This document shows, piece after piece, positions 42,701-57,030 of a DNA stretch of 64,000 nucleotides (position 1 is its first letter; each line of letters opens with the position of its first letter). Position numbers and translations under genes: made by a program. The notes under the pieces were generated by a model. The model made no database searches. It saw only the letters and a program-made list of their open reading frames with translations, and was not told the origin of the DNA. The stretch comes from a virus (Duplodnaviria; Caudoviricetes). The DNA lies in the IMG/VR virus record IMGVR_UViG_3300028833_000066. One strand, given 5' to 3'.

Positions 42701-45700
42701 TGATGTTTCTGCTGCATTAGCTCAATATGGGGATAATGAAGCTGCTATTAAAGAATATGCCTAGAAACAAGTGGATATGCTTGATTCTATTATTGCTGTT
42801 TTAGAAGTTATGGCATAGATGGAAAAACTTGCTGATTTAGATGTTAATGGTAATGAAACTTTAGATTTAAGTGAAGTCTTTAAGGTGAAAGGCGATGTAG
42901 CCACTGATGAGTATAATGAAGATATTCAAAAACTTATGCAAGGAACTCAAGAGGCTGCTGAAAAAGATAAAGAATTAAAAAAAGGTTTAGAAGAATTTTA
43001 GATTGGTAAAACTAATTTATTTGAAATAATTAAAAGTATTGCTGATGGCGGTGAATGGACTGAATTACAGAACCTTCTTGGAAAAGATATAACATAGAAG
43101 GAAGCATTAGCTATTATAGATTGGTTAAGTAAGTCATCATCATTAAATTGGGAAGACCCAATGTCAGCTCTATAGCAACTTTTACAATTATATGCAGATA
43201 ATCAAATAGAAGGATTAGCAGTTAAATTAAATGTTGATGGAATTACATATGTTGTGGATAGTAATGGTATTGCTACTGTAGATATGGATTCTGTAGAAGA
43301 AGCTGCACGTCTTACTGATAAAGAAGTAGATGAAATTTTAAGTGCTCTTACTAAAACTTAGGAAGAAGTTTCTAAAGATCCTATTCAATATACATATTGG
43401 TTACATGAAAAGAAATTAATTGATTTAAAAGATGATGGCACATATGCCATTATGATTAATGGTCAATAGGTTGCTGAATGGAATCCTAAAACAGGCAAGG
43501 AGCCTGATAGTGATTTTATTAGAGCTTAGGCCGCGGTCGGTTTATTAACTAATTTTACTAAAAATAAAACAACAGATGAAATTTAGATTGATGGTAAAGA
43601 TTATTATGTTAATGCTGAAGTTGGAACTAACAATTGGCAATATCAAGTTAGATTAGATAAAGATAATAATATTGAATATACTTCTGGAAATTTAACTGCA
43701 TCATCATTAGATGAACTTTTATAGAAAAAATGGGAACAAGGATGGTCTTTAAGTAAGACTCCTACAGCTAAATCGTTCAAATTTGATCGTGCATGGCAAT
43801 AGGAATTAGGTATAGATGAATTATATAGTGTAGAATTAAATCAATCTAATGTTAATGCGGCAAGTAATAATTTAAGAGAACAATTATATAAATTGTGGAT
43901 AGACGGTTCTGACAAAGCTTTATAGAGTGCTAAAGACAAATTAAAAAAATATGATTTTACAATTTCAGATGATTTTAATTTTAATGATCTTGCAGTTGCT
44001 TTAAATTTCTCTATGGAAAATAAGGAAATTTCTGTTTCATATAAAGATAATGAAGAAACTGCAGAAAAATTAACAATTGTAAAGTTATAGTAGCCTGATG
44101 GCGGAATGGTTGAGGTAGGATATAATGAAGAAGGCAAACCATTGACACTTACTTTATATTAGAATGGAACAGAAGATCCAACCATTGGAGTAAGATATAA
44201 TGAAGATGGTTAGAGTTTAATTATTCAAGATTATCCAAATGGATAGGAGCATAGTATTCCTATTAATTATGGACCAGACGCTGAAAATCCTCCATCAAAT
44301 CTTTTAGAAGTTTTATAGTATTTAAATTCTACCGACCCTAATAAAGGAGATTTAGGAATAAACCTTAATGGGTTATCACCAGAGGTTTTGGCTGCATTAT
44401 CTTATCTAGAAGCAATTTTATCTGGTGATACTAGTAAAACAATAGATGTATCAGCTACTGTTGTTCCTTCTGTTGATGGATTAATTACAGCATTATAGGA
44501 ATTAACTATTGCAATTAATAAAAACACTCCTCCTACTACTATTAATAATAATAGTAGTAATAATAATGCTGATAATACCAATACTGAATTAGAAGATGAA
44601 ATCCCGCTTACTATAGATTTTGATACAATTAATGAAGTTGTTGATCTTGATGATTAGGAAACTCAAGATGCAATTACCGAGGCAGAACGTTAGGCTGCGG
44701 AAGTAGAGCTTAAAAATAAACAAATAGCATTTGAAAAGGAATAGGCATTAAAGAAAAAGTATTAGGAAGTTGTAGATAAAGGTATATTATCATCAGAAAA
44801 TGATGATTTATTAGACTTAATTTAGGATACTGGCGGTAATGTTGGTGAATACGCATAGAACATTTTAAATGAAAAAGATATTATATATAATGGAGTCACA
44901 TGGACTAAATATAATGGTCAATGGATGACTAAAAAATAGGCTCAGGAATTCAAAAATAAAGAGAACACTGATACAAGAAATACTATCGAAGAAAATTAGT
45001 CAACTGTAGAAGATTTACAGGAAGAGCCAAATAATATTAATAAGTTTCCAATTCTATCTTTAGATTTAACTAAAGTTGGTTTAACTGGTCCTATAGGATT
45101 TGAAATGAATAATTCTATCAATAAAATCGCACAAGATGAGGGTTTAGATCCTAATTCTGTAGAAGCTAGAAAAAAATTAGCTGAAAAGATTTTAAAAATA
45201 GATGATTTAAGTAAAATTGATTTAATTCCAGACTCAACCGAAAACGAAAAGGGCACCCAAGTTCCTTATGGTAATCATTTAGAAGATAAATATATAGGTC
45301 ATATGGCCACTTATGATGCTTATACTTTAGCTTAGTATGCTGCTGGTAGAAATTTAAATTATAGTGATGTATTACATACATTATTAACTCAAACTGGATA
45401 TAATTCAGAAGGTATTGGTCTTAATGATGAAATTTTTGAGCCAGAATTAGAATCATGGGATGCTATTTTTAGTAGATGGCTTTTAAAAAATGATGATATT
45501 GATATTAAAGAATAGGCTCAAGAATTTAAAGCTGGTAATTATGCTCCCGATGTTGCTCGGGATATGGTACGACAGTGGTTTGCATCATTAGATACGAATA
45601 CATTGTCTTTTATGAATACGGACCGTACAGTAGAATTTTTTGAAGCTTTAACTGAAGCATTCCCTGATGAGCAGTGGTTTAGTGATACATTAACAGATTT

Positions 45701-48653
45701 AAAATTAATGCAGTCAGCAACTGAAGTTAATATTACTCCATAGAAAGAAGATTTAGATAGTAATATATCTAGTATTACTGAAGTTAAGGATGCTTTATCA
45801 CAATTAGCTGCGGCAAAGACTCCAGAAAGTTAGTTGACAGCATTAATGAATTTACAATCTGCAATTCAAGAATTGTCTCTTGAAAATATAGAAGAAGTAC
45901 CTAAAGTAATTAATACTGCTTTAGCTAATATAGATCCATCCGTCGCGATCTAGGCTCTTGAAAAATTAAATAAAAAATTTATTTCTATTCCTTCAGTTAA
46001 AAATACAACAGTGTATGTTAGATTTGAATCAGCTTCTGAAAATGCAGAAGTAACTGGTAATAGTCAATTAACAATGAGTATGGCTAAAGGTAATGCTTTA
46101 GCTGCGGGTCAAGGAACTCTTATGGGCGAACTTGGTCCAGAAATGGTTGTATCTGGCGGCCGGTATTTCATAGCAGGTCAAAATGGTGCTGAATTTGTTA
46201 ATCTTGATCCTGATGCTATTGTATTTAATCATTTACAAACTCAACGTTTATTAAATAGCGGTCGTGGTGGCCGCGGAGTTCCAATTACTAATGAACGAAA
46301 AGCTACCTCATTTGCTAAAGGTAATGTTTCTGGTCCAGCATTAGCAAGTCCTTCTAATGCTTTATCTACTCTTAAAGCATTACGTAATATGTGGAAGAAC
46401 TTAGCAGAAAATGGATTGTCAGAACTTGCACAGCAAGCTGGAGGTGGCGGAGGCGGCGGCGATAAAAATAATGCCGGCTATATCGCTGATCTTGAACGTT
46501 GGTACACATTACTTCGTTAGATAAGTACTCTTGAAAAAGAAATTACACATCAAGAAACTTTACGTAAAAAATTGGAAGCCGACCGCATCATTGATGGTAG
46601 AGCTTATTATAATAGTCAAAAAGAATCTATTAAATTATTGGAAGATGAAATATCTAAAAAGCATGAGTTAGTAAATCTTCAAAAGAGTTATTATGATGCT
46701 CGTCGTCAAGACTTAAAAGATTCTGAATATTCATAGTTCTTTACTTTTGATGAAAAAGGAACTATGATTTATAACGATGAAGCTATTTTAGGTAAGGGAA
46801 CTAAATATGAATCAGCTGGCGGCTTACGTGGTCTTGCTAAACTTAATGCTCAAAATGCTGATAAATCACCTGTATATACGGCAAAAGAATAGTATGAAAT
46901 GCTAAAAGCTTGGGGCTTTGCCGCAGACTTAAAATATGATTCTTCTGGTAAAGAAATTGATATGTCAAAGGATGAAGGATACGCTAGTGCTGTTCAAGCA
47001 TTCTGGGATAAAGTTGATGGATGGAAGGAAGAATTGGATGATTTGTATGACGGTTTCCAAGATTATTAGAAAGACATACTTGATTTAGAGATTTAGTATA
47101 ATGAACTCTTACAATAGATGGTAGATAATTAGATTTCTCTAGAAAATCGTATAGAAAAAGCTATTGAAGATGCTCGTTAGCGTGAAATTGATAATGCTAA
47201 AGATGAAAAAGATGTTATCCAAGAATCTGCTGAAAAATTCCTTGATGGGTTGAATGATTCACTTGATAAAGAACGTAAAATGTATGAAACTAGTTAGGGT
47301 GATAATGAGCTTAATAGAATGCGTCGTTAGTTAGCAATATTACAGCGTTCTGGCGGTTCTGCTTCATAGATTCGTTCATTACAACAAGATATTGCCGCAC
47401 GAGAATAGGATAGTTATTTTGAAGCTCAATAGAATCAAATTGATGCTATTCAAGCTGCTTCTGATGCTGAAATGGAACGTTTAGATCATTAGATTTCTAT
47501 AATGGAAGAATAGTTAGCTTATGAAAAAGAACATGGTTTATTATGGAATCAAGTTTATGAAGTAATGGCTATGACTCCGGAAGAAATTGAAAACTTTATA
47601 TTAGTAAATTCTAAAGATTTTGAAAGTAAATCAACACTTTAGATAGCGGAAGATTTAAGAACCGTAAAGTCTGAAATTGAACAATGGGTGTCTCGTAGAG
47701 ATGACAGCGAAGATGTTGTTGGAAATGAACCATAGCATAACTGGAATACTTATTATGAAGCAGCTTCTAATCTTTATCATTTAGATGAAGAGAAAGATGC
47801 GGGAATAATTAGTGAAGCTAAATAGGCTTATGAAGCTAAATATGCTGAAACTGGTGATGAAAATTATGCGGCGAGAGCGGCTGATGAAGTATTTGAAAAA
47901 TATAGAGGCCCAAGACCTGGAACATAGGCATTTGATAGTACAGCAAATCCTGCAACATCAAATAATCAATCTGGTGGTAGTAATGGTGCAGGAGTTGGTA
48001 CAAAGGCTACTGGTAATTTAAAAGTACATTATAGATATGGAAATACAGAAATTGCGAGAGTCGATACCTATACTAAATTGCCAGCTGGACAAAAAGTATA
48101 TGGCAGTAATTATGTTAAAAATATTTCTGGTTATGTCTATTCTAAAACTGAAAACGATGGTGCAAAAATTATTGCTGGAAAAACAACTCATTTATTCTTA
48201 ATATATAATAAACCTGTAATTATAACTAATGAATAGCCTAAACAAGAGACAAAAGCTGAATATCTATTAAGAACAAAACAGATAGTAGCTGGTTATTCGT
48301 CTGGCGGTCTTGCTAATTACACTGGTCTCGCAATGGTTCACGGATCAAAGCAAGATCCTGAAGCATTCTTAAATGCTGAAGAAACTCATATGTGGCGTGA
48401 TAAGATACTTAGCGGCAATAGCGGTTCTCTCACTTCAATGCTACTTGATTTCTAGAATATGGTTTCTGGAATGGTTAATTCTGAAAGCTATTCTAGCATT
48501 GGCACTGGTGAAGGAATTAATATTGAAAACGCAGTAGTAAATATGAATGCTACAATATCCAATGACTACGATGCTCGTCGTGCGGCGGACAACGTAATGG
48601 ATGAAATGGTGCGTATTGCACGCAAAACAACCGCACAACAAGCAAGGAGGTAA
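33795..48653 (+). CDS. Giant tape measure protein, about 4,950 aa (TAG=Gln)
   Basis: Ten + strand track fragments (34863 to 48459) share the frame of ATG 33795. TP901-type core at 35.4-36.2 kb (YYQQGL, AMSKTAS, AGNRQQSRF) and a C-terminal GGL..YTG..VHGS..PE motif. Spot-checked, not every codon read. Confidence 0.85.
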
Positions 48654-48659
48654 TGGAGT

Positions 48660-50294
48660 ATGAGTGAATATTATTAGAGATTATTGGGACAAGAAGTTCC
48701 TTCTAATGCCAAACCTCGCACTCAAGTTTACCTAGCAACTCATGATGGGGCAGACAAACGTCTGCCCCACCGTGAGCGTTCTTTTATTAGTTTTACTTAT
48801 GGTAAAGATAATACTGGAAAGCGTGTTAATATTGAAGATTTCAATTTAATAGCTACCATAAGTGGTAATATGATGGAACGTTCATTGTATGGTGAATTTA
48901 GTGATAATACATCTACTTATGATGTATTAGATGGGCAATTTTATTGGGGGACTCATTTTGTTAATAATAAATTAAATTTATAGTTATCTACCGATGAGAT
49001 GACTGAATAGCAATTATAGGATTTTAAAGCTTGGTTTAAACCTGGGCCAGCTAAAGAATTGGTTTTATCAGAAAATCCTAATCGTGCTATTATGGCACGT
49101 ATTGGCAGCACGCCACAATATCATATGCTGCCTTTTGAAAAACGTGTCACTAAAATGTTTGCGGGAATGCCTTATGAAGTAAGCACTACTGTATATCGCG
49201 GCAATATTGATATTGAATTTATAATGGATGATCCATTCTGGTATTCTATTTATAATGTGCTACCCTCCTATGGCCAAGATGGTGCTGAAGATTGGTTTAG
49301 AACGCTTGGTGTAGATGGAAGTGATAGCTAGGACGCGGCCGCTAATTCATTATTGTCAAATAAAGATTATCTTAAAATTATTTTAGAAGATGGCGTGCCA
49401 ACAAGAGAAATGATTGATGGTAATATTATTACTGGTAATGAAAAATATAATAGTGAGACATTACGAGTTTATGGCACAGTTGATGATAATTTAGGTAATG
49501 CTAAAGTAGGAATGCGGATTGGAAGTGCGAGTCTTTCTATTAGTTCTAATGGATCGGCATACTTGTATTATACTGGTTCTGCTCCTGCTCCAACAGTATT
49601 AACATTTAGTTTAACTCCCGAGCTTACTGATCATTATATTAGCACTCCATTAAATAAAATTTATAATGAGATTTAGAATACTGGAAACAACAATTATAAT
49701 AAAATAATTGTTGGCCGTCAAGAATTTAAATTTACTACTCCAAGTATTTATACTGGATATAATCAGGCATTAAAAATTATTAGTCATTGTGAGCTAGGGG
49801 AATCATTAGTGGATATTAAAATTAAATTAATTGAAGGCGTAAATGAATATTATAGTAGAGCTTTTGCTTTAGGCACTTTAAATTATTTATAGAAGCAAGC
49901 GACAAATATAAATAGTAATGCCAATATTCAAGAAGGTTTTTCAACTTCATTTGCGACATAGATGTAGAAGTTTTTAACTGGCGAAGATAAATAGACTCCT
50001 AACGCCGCAACATTTAGTTTTAATTCAAAAACTGGTGAGGCTATTGGAACATTTACAATTTATCAATATGTTGAAAATAAAGAAAATGACACAATAACGA
50101 TAGGTTTAAGTGATGGAATCCTAGTTAAAGAAAATGTTGGAGATATGGTATATAATAAATACTTATATTTAGACGAAAAAAATATCTATAATGATGAAGG
50201 TAGAATAACAGAGAATGAATGTACTCCAATCACTACTGATTATCCAACTACATTATAGAATTTTGATATTTAGTATAAACATATGTATTTATAA
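48660..50294 (+). CDS. Distal tail (Dit)-like protein (TAG=Gln)
   Basis: Follows the tape measure; FIMDDPFWYS; three fragments in one frame. Confidence 0.7.
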
Positions 50295-50318
50295 TGAGTA
50301 AAAGGAGGAGACTAAATA

Positions 50319-53300
50319 ATGAGAATTATACGTGATTATGAAGTCTCTATATGGACGCTTCAGGACAGTTTTATAACTGTCCTGAAGCCCTATGGTATAG
50401 AGCTAAAAGGTTAGTTGCAAGAGCCTGATTTAAAGATAGTAGATGATGGCACAATTGAATTTACCTTCAATTTACCAATGTATTATACTTTAAATGGTGA
50501 GCGGCTAAAAAATCCATTATGGAATAATGTAATCAATGGAATAATTGTCGCCAATATGAGAAAGATCAAAATTATTTTTAAGAAGCATTAGCAAGGTGAA
50601 AAAGTAATTGAATTAATGATTACTAAAGTAACTGAATCACATGATAAAGATTAGCTTATGTGTGAAGTTTCTTGTGAAGGATTAGCCTTTCATGAGCTTG
50701 GGAAGCTTGGTTATAAAATTGCTCTTGAAACTGATGATTTGATTGAAGAAAATTATTAGTGGTTTAAAGGTCAATTAGAATGGCCGAATGATGGAGAAGA
50801 AACTGAAACTTTAACTAATGCTTGGAAGGCATATTACACTGCCGCTAAAAATGCACATATATTAGATGATTAGCAAGATTTATATATTATACAAGAAGCT
50901 AAGCATTTTTATAAATTGAAGTTTATTGAAACTGGTGATGAGAATTTAGCGGCTAAAGCGGCAGAGGCTATTTTTATTAATTATGATAAAAATTATGAAT
51001 ATCAATTTTTACCTATTGGTGTTCATGGAGAAGATGGTAAATTATATCCAATTGATCAGCCTCGTGGCACTTTACAATATTGGAATGATAAGGTATTTAA
51101 ATTAGCTAGCGGCGATTGGAAATGGAATTGGACATATGAAGTTTAGATGGATTATAATAATAATCCTGGTAAAAATTTAGATAGTAGTAAAGTATATGAA
51201 GATGCTTATGTTTCATCTTGGGATTATGATTCTAAGAGTGAGATGGTAGTAGCACAAGCATATGTTGATAATGCCGAAAAAGAGCGTGTTGTAGATTTAA
51301 AAGAAAGTAATGTTTATAATTTAACACAAGATTTAGCAAAGACGTTCGGCGTATTTTGCCGTTATGAATATGAGCATGATGAAAATTATCATATATGCGG
51401 TCGCAAGGTAATATATTATAATAATTTCTTGCTTGAATCACTCGGAGCATTAGACATCACTTATCCATATGATACTAGTGTTATTAGCCGCACTAGTGAT
51501 AGTACTGATTTAGTTACTAAATTATATGTTCAAACTGATGGCAGCAATAATGATGGTGAGCCTATTACTATCACTAATTCTTCCGCTAATAAAACAAGAG
51601 AAGATTATATATTAAATTTTGATTATTTATGGCGTACTGGTGCTATTACACAAGAGTAGTATGCGGCCGCAAGGTAGTTTGAAATTGATATATATCGTAT
51701 TAATAATGAGTTGATTCCAATTTAGAATTAGATTATTGCTTTAGAAGCGGAAAAACCCGAATTAGAAGCAAAAGTAACAATTCGTAAAAATTCCATTACA
51801 TTAGATTAGGAACGTATGTCCGCGGCGGATGATTTGCTAAATGCCTTAACAGATAATACTGGTATATTAGAAGTTACTAATTTGAACCCTAAAACAGGAA
51901 TAATTATTACTTCTAAAAAGACGGATGGTTCTAAAGAAACTTATGCTAATATTACTGAATTGGGCATTGATATTAAAACTTTAAAAGTATATAAAAATTA
52001 TAATTCTGGCACTCATGAATTAAGCGATGATTATTCATTTACTCCTGTATTTGATGAATTTTAGAACCTAGTCCAATTAAAGGACTTTAAATTAAAGGAC
52101 TCTAACCTACCATTAGAAGAAAATGATTCGCCTCGTATTTATATGACTTATCAATATACACCAGATTTGTATTATGAAAGAGTAATACAAATATGGCAGC
52201 AACGAATGAAAAATGATACTATAGAGTTATAGAATGCTGAGGATCGTTTGAAAGAAATTGATCATTTATTAAATGGTTATAAAGATGATGAAGAAGTATA
52301 TCATAAAGGATATTATGAAAAACGAGATGCTTTAATTGAAGAAAAAAATTTAGCTATTTCTCGCTTAGAGAGAGTTATGGGTGCTGCTTTACGTGAAGGT
52401 TACTGGCAGCCAGAAGATTATAATGATTATGGCGATAAGCATTTAGATCAATATACTATTAGTAATACTGCTATTGCTTATATTGACGCTAATAATAATA
52501 AACATGGATATTTAAATGATTTAAAAGATGCTAAAGTAGAATCTAAATTTATCTATGATACTGTTCCTTTTGATGAGGAACAAAAAGGCTACATGGATTC
52601 ATTTACCATTGATAATTAGGATACTACTATTAATTATCCTTGTATAAAAATAGAAAACGAGATAGCCACTTTTATTTAGGAGCATCCAGATGATTTTAGC
52701 TTTATATTTTATGATGTAACAGATTTAGATCCTAATCATAGAACAAATAAATATAGAAAAATATATCATATTGGCTCACAATGCTAGTACGCTTTTATGA
52801 AGAATAATGGCACTATAATTCCTGTTATTATGATTACTGGGGCTATTAATGATTATTTAACTAGCCGCATATTAAAAGCTATGATTGGCCGGCCGGAAGG
52901 CAATGATGATGCTGAACCATGTTTAGCTATAATTGATCCTATTACAGCTGAAATAACAGGGGCAACATAGGCTGTTACAGAAAATGACTGGTTAAATCCT
53001 GGAACTGAGCCTAATTATGATTAGTTTGGAGAAACCGTTATGGCTTACCCTCGTATTCAAATCACTAGTCTTAATATTAGAACAGATAATGATGAAATAT
53101 TAGTAAAGTATAATGGGCATAATTTAGAGAATTATGAAGATTATCAATTATTAATTCGTGATAATAGCTATTATATCAATTTAAAGTCAGAAATTTTTGC
53201 TCGTTATGGTTTTTCTGGGAGCGGCTAGATTTAGTATATTGTATCTAATGCTAATACTATGATATACTTAGATGCCCTTCAAGTCAGTAAAGAAAATTCT

Positions 53301-55865
53301 TAGCCAAAAGTTGAATATAGTGTTACAGTAAATGCTATAAATAAAGATTTCATTGAAGAGGATTATAATTATTTAGGATATATAGCTCATATTAATGATA
53401 CTGATTTAAAGTTTGAAAATGTATAGGGCTATGTGTCTGAACTTCATTTAAAGTTAGATAAGGCTTGGGAAGATGAAGTAACAATTAAAAATTATAAAAC
53501 CAAATTTGAAGATTTATTTACTTCTATTGTTGCTCAAACTGAACAAATGTAGAAAAATTCTACTACGATTGGTAATGTTGGAGCATTATTTGATGCCAAA
53601 GGTGATTTAATCCCTAGCTCAATTGAGAAAGGAATTAATAAATTAGATTTAAGTGAGGCGTTCAATAAAGGCACGCTTACTTGGAATGACGCAGAAGGCT
53701 TGTGGGCTAGTAGTGATAGTGGTGTTGTAGCTATTCGCGGCGGCGGTATTTTTTCCGCGACCCAGAAAAATCCGGATGGAAGTTGGCATTGGAATACCGG
53801 TTTTACTCCTGAAGGAATTAATGCTGACTTGATTACTACTGGACAATTAGATACTAATAGAATTAAAGTATATGCTGGCGATGAGTTAAGATTATAGCTC
53901 AATGCAGATGGATTGTTTGCTTATAAGACAGGATGGGACGGCGAAGTTAAAACTGATGATATAGTGGATTATAAGCAATATGTGGTACATGATGCTAGCG
54001 GTTTATTCTTAATTGCTGAAAATGGTGCTCAATATAAAGATAATGAATTTTTGAACACCGCCGAAATAGATGAGGAAGAGAAGCCAACAACTTATGCGGG
54101 TAATGTAGGATTACATAATCATAAAGATGGCTCATTAGAGCGTGTTGCCATTAGTTGGGATGGCTTGACTTTAAGAAATTGGGCGGGCCAACGAGTATTT
54201 TATGCCAATCCAGACACTGGCGATTTAGTGCTTATAGGCGATATTACCGCTAATAATGGTACGTTTAATGGCACTGTAAATGCTACTAATGGCAATATTG
54301 GCGGCTGGACCATTGGAACAAACTAGCTATATTCTGGGGATAATAATAGCTATGTAGCCTTAAATAGTGATAGTACAAATACGTATGCTATTTGGGCAGG
54401 AGCTACTAATGCTGAAACAACTGATAATAACAATACTACATATGCTCCTTTTAGCGTTAGTAAAGCAGGCCAATTAAGAGCCAGTGACGCAATTATTAGC
54501 GGTGCAATTACTGCTACTAGTTTAACTATTGGTAATTAGTCTGCTGATGATTGGCTCAATGCTAGTATTAACGATGAAGCAATTTGGTTAGGAGTAAAAA
54601 ATTATACTAATACAAATGCTACTAGTATTAAATTAACTGATAGTAGTGTAGAAATTTCATCTACTGGAGCTTTAAATGTAAATACTAATAATGTGATAAT
54701 TAATACTAATGCCGATAGCGAACAATCTATTTTTAAATTAACTGATGGAGCCGCAGTTAATCCAATTAATTATATTAATATTGCTAAAAATACAAATAAT
54801 GAATTATTTGCTTAGATATCTGGATGGTTATTAACAGAACATTAGCTTTCTAGTGGTAATAGTACTAATTCAGTTGTTTTAGATAGCGGTACTAATAATG
54901 AAAATTATGCTATTTGGGCAGGTAATTCAGCTAGTAATAGTGCTCCATTTAGAGTTAAACGTAATGGTAGTGTTTATTTAAATTCTTTAATGGTACTAGA
55001 TAGTCGTTCAAGAAATAGTACTACAGAAAACTGGCCTAGTTGGCCTATTACTGGAACACATTCGGATATTATTACATCTAATGATGGTTTAACACAAACT
55101 GCTTATGTAGATGTAGATTTTTCAGATTCTTTTTCTAATGCCGTTTCATGCACAAGTGGCCGTTGGAACGGCAATACATTTGTCGCCACATTATCTTTAT
55201 TTGGAAAATAGACTAGTAAAACTCTATCATTAAATACTTCTATTAGTCTAGAACGAGCTGTTATTGAAACTCCTGTTCCGCAGGGAAATGGTGGAGATTC
55301 TGTTAGTGGAGTAACCGCGACCGTATATGTAGCGTAGTATATTAAAGGTGTTTATTCTGATTGGACTAAAATGGAAAATGTACCTATTGGATGTACGGAT
55401 GCTTATCAGACTTGGTATGAGGAAGGTTATGATGATGCAACACCAAAATCAATAAGTGTTGGTAGTAAGAATACTAATACTAATTATAATTTTACTATCA
55501 CTTCAAATGATAATTTAACGACCACACTTTCTTGTGGTGTAGGTACAATTTATACTGATGGGCATACAAATGGAATTAATGAAGAAAAGCCAGCTAGTCT
55601 TACTGTTAAAAGTAAAAATAGTAATACTCAATATCTTTTTACCATAACTCCTACAAATGGTAATTTAGCTGATACTACATTGTCGTGTGACGTAACTGAC
55701 ATTTATACCAATGGATATAATGTTGGACGAAGTAGCGTTGACTCTGCGAGCAGCACGTCTTTTTCAATTTTACGCAATGGTAGTAATTCTGGTATTCTAA
55801 CTTATACGGTTAATCTTGAAAATGGTAAATCAATTAGCGGTAGTACTACAATTTCTTGGTCATAA
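50319..55865 (+). CDS. Tail tip/central fibre (Tal, host specificity) protein, about 1,850 aa (TAG=Gln)
   Basis: Nine fragments in one frame; GINADLITTGQLD motif; C-terminal internal repeats. Confidence 0.75.
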
Positions 55866-55905
55866 AAAAATAAGCCCCTCCCATTACGGGAGGGGCCTTA
55901 TTTTT
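55865..55905. terminator. Bidirectional terminator between convergent blocks
   Basis: A-run, GCCCCTCCC-ATTAC-GGGAGGGGC, T-run. Confidence 0.85.
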
Positions 55906-56302
55906 ATTCCTCTAGGAAAGCACTAAAGCTAAGCATTTGCTGAGGTGTGAATGTTTCATCGCCTAAATCATCTAGGTTTAGCTTATCGCCATTAATTGTA
56001 ATTTTGTTATTAAGTAAATCAGTTAGCTCACTATTGAACTCAGCAACATGCTCCTGTTCAATATAAGTATTTCCATTTTCATCAGCCTTTAGTTCGCCAT
56101 TTTCATCCTTGGCACCATAAAGCTTCACTAGATTAATACGTGCAGTCTCAAAAGTCTCGCTTTCAGCTTGAACTTCACGAAGTAGTCTTGCGACTCTAAA
56201 AGCTACCTTACTCTTTAGCTGCTTATTAGATAATTCTCTCAAAGTAGGAATGCTATCAATCATTTCCTGAACAGTTAATTCAATCATATATCTTCTCCCC
56301 AT
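55904..56302 (-). CDS. Hypothetical protein
   Basis: Clean ORF; the real start may be 56287. Confidence 0.7.
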   Translation of the reverse strand: MGRRYMIELTVQEMIDSIPTLRELSNKQLKSKVAFRVARLLREVQAESETFETARINLVKLYGAKDENGELKADENGNTYIEQEHVAEFNSELTDLLNNKITINGDKLNLDDLGDETFTPQQMLSFSAFLEE

Positions 56303-57030
56303 TTTAACTTATTATTTTTTATTTTACCACACCAGTATTTCCCAATGCATATCGCATCAGCCTCATCTTGTGTACATTTTTCACCATACCATAACATAAC
56401 TTTATCCTATGCGGCTTTTTTCTTATTTTCACGATGTGAATCGCCGCCACTAATGCCGCAATATTTACGCCATTCGCTGGGATAGACTAAATCGCCATCA
56501 ATACTTTTTTCAAATAATGTATCCATTATCACGCCTTGTAAATTAGCAAGCACGCGATAAGTTTCAACTTGAAATGCAGAATTACCGCCATAAGATTGAA
56601 GCTAAATGTGTTCAACGCCAACGAAGTCTGGTTCCCACTAGTCGATAGCGGCTAAAAGCCAATGTTTTACTTCGTTAATACGACTTGTGGCATTATCTTC
56701 GGCTTCGGTTTTAAAAGTACCATAACTTACTAACACTTTATTATCATAGATAGCATAGCCAGTAATATTAGTTGCGGCGTCTAATGCTAATATTCTTTGC
56801 GTGTTCGCTTGTTTAGCGGGCACTTTATTTTTTTTACCCTTGAAGGGATCTCCCGCAAGGCACTATTCGCATAGCATATGCTTTCGCCAGTTAGCGTAGG
56901 TTTGAAACTAACGATGACCTTGCGGGCAAATCATTTCAAGTTCTGTATTAAGATTCTTGTATGTATTCGATACTAAAACCCAATGTTCTGATTCTAAATG
57001 ATTTTTTACTGTATAAATATTTATTGGCAT
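56284..57030 (-). CDS. Zn-ribbon + RuvC-like Holliday junction resolvase (TAG=Gln)
   Basis: CPQGH...CEQC, ILALDAAT..TGYA, VEHIQ, DEADAICIG. Confidence 0.8.

Noticed and set aside
47812-48021. 69-aa + strand ORF
   Set aside because: An out-of-frame shadow inside the tape measure gene.
19464-55865. Fragmented ORFs read as pseudogenes or sequencing error
   Set aside because: Breaks occur only at TAG, frames are preserved, and TAG falls on conserved Gln positions.
50319-55865. Diversity-generating retroelement target
   Set aside because: No reverse transcriptase or adenine-variant template repeat was seen in the window.
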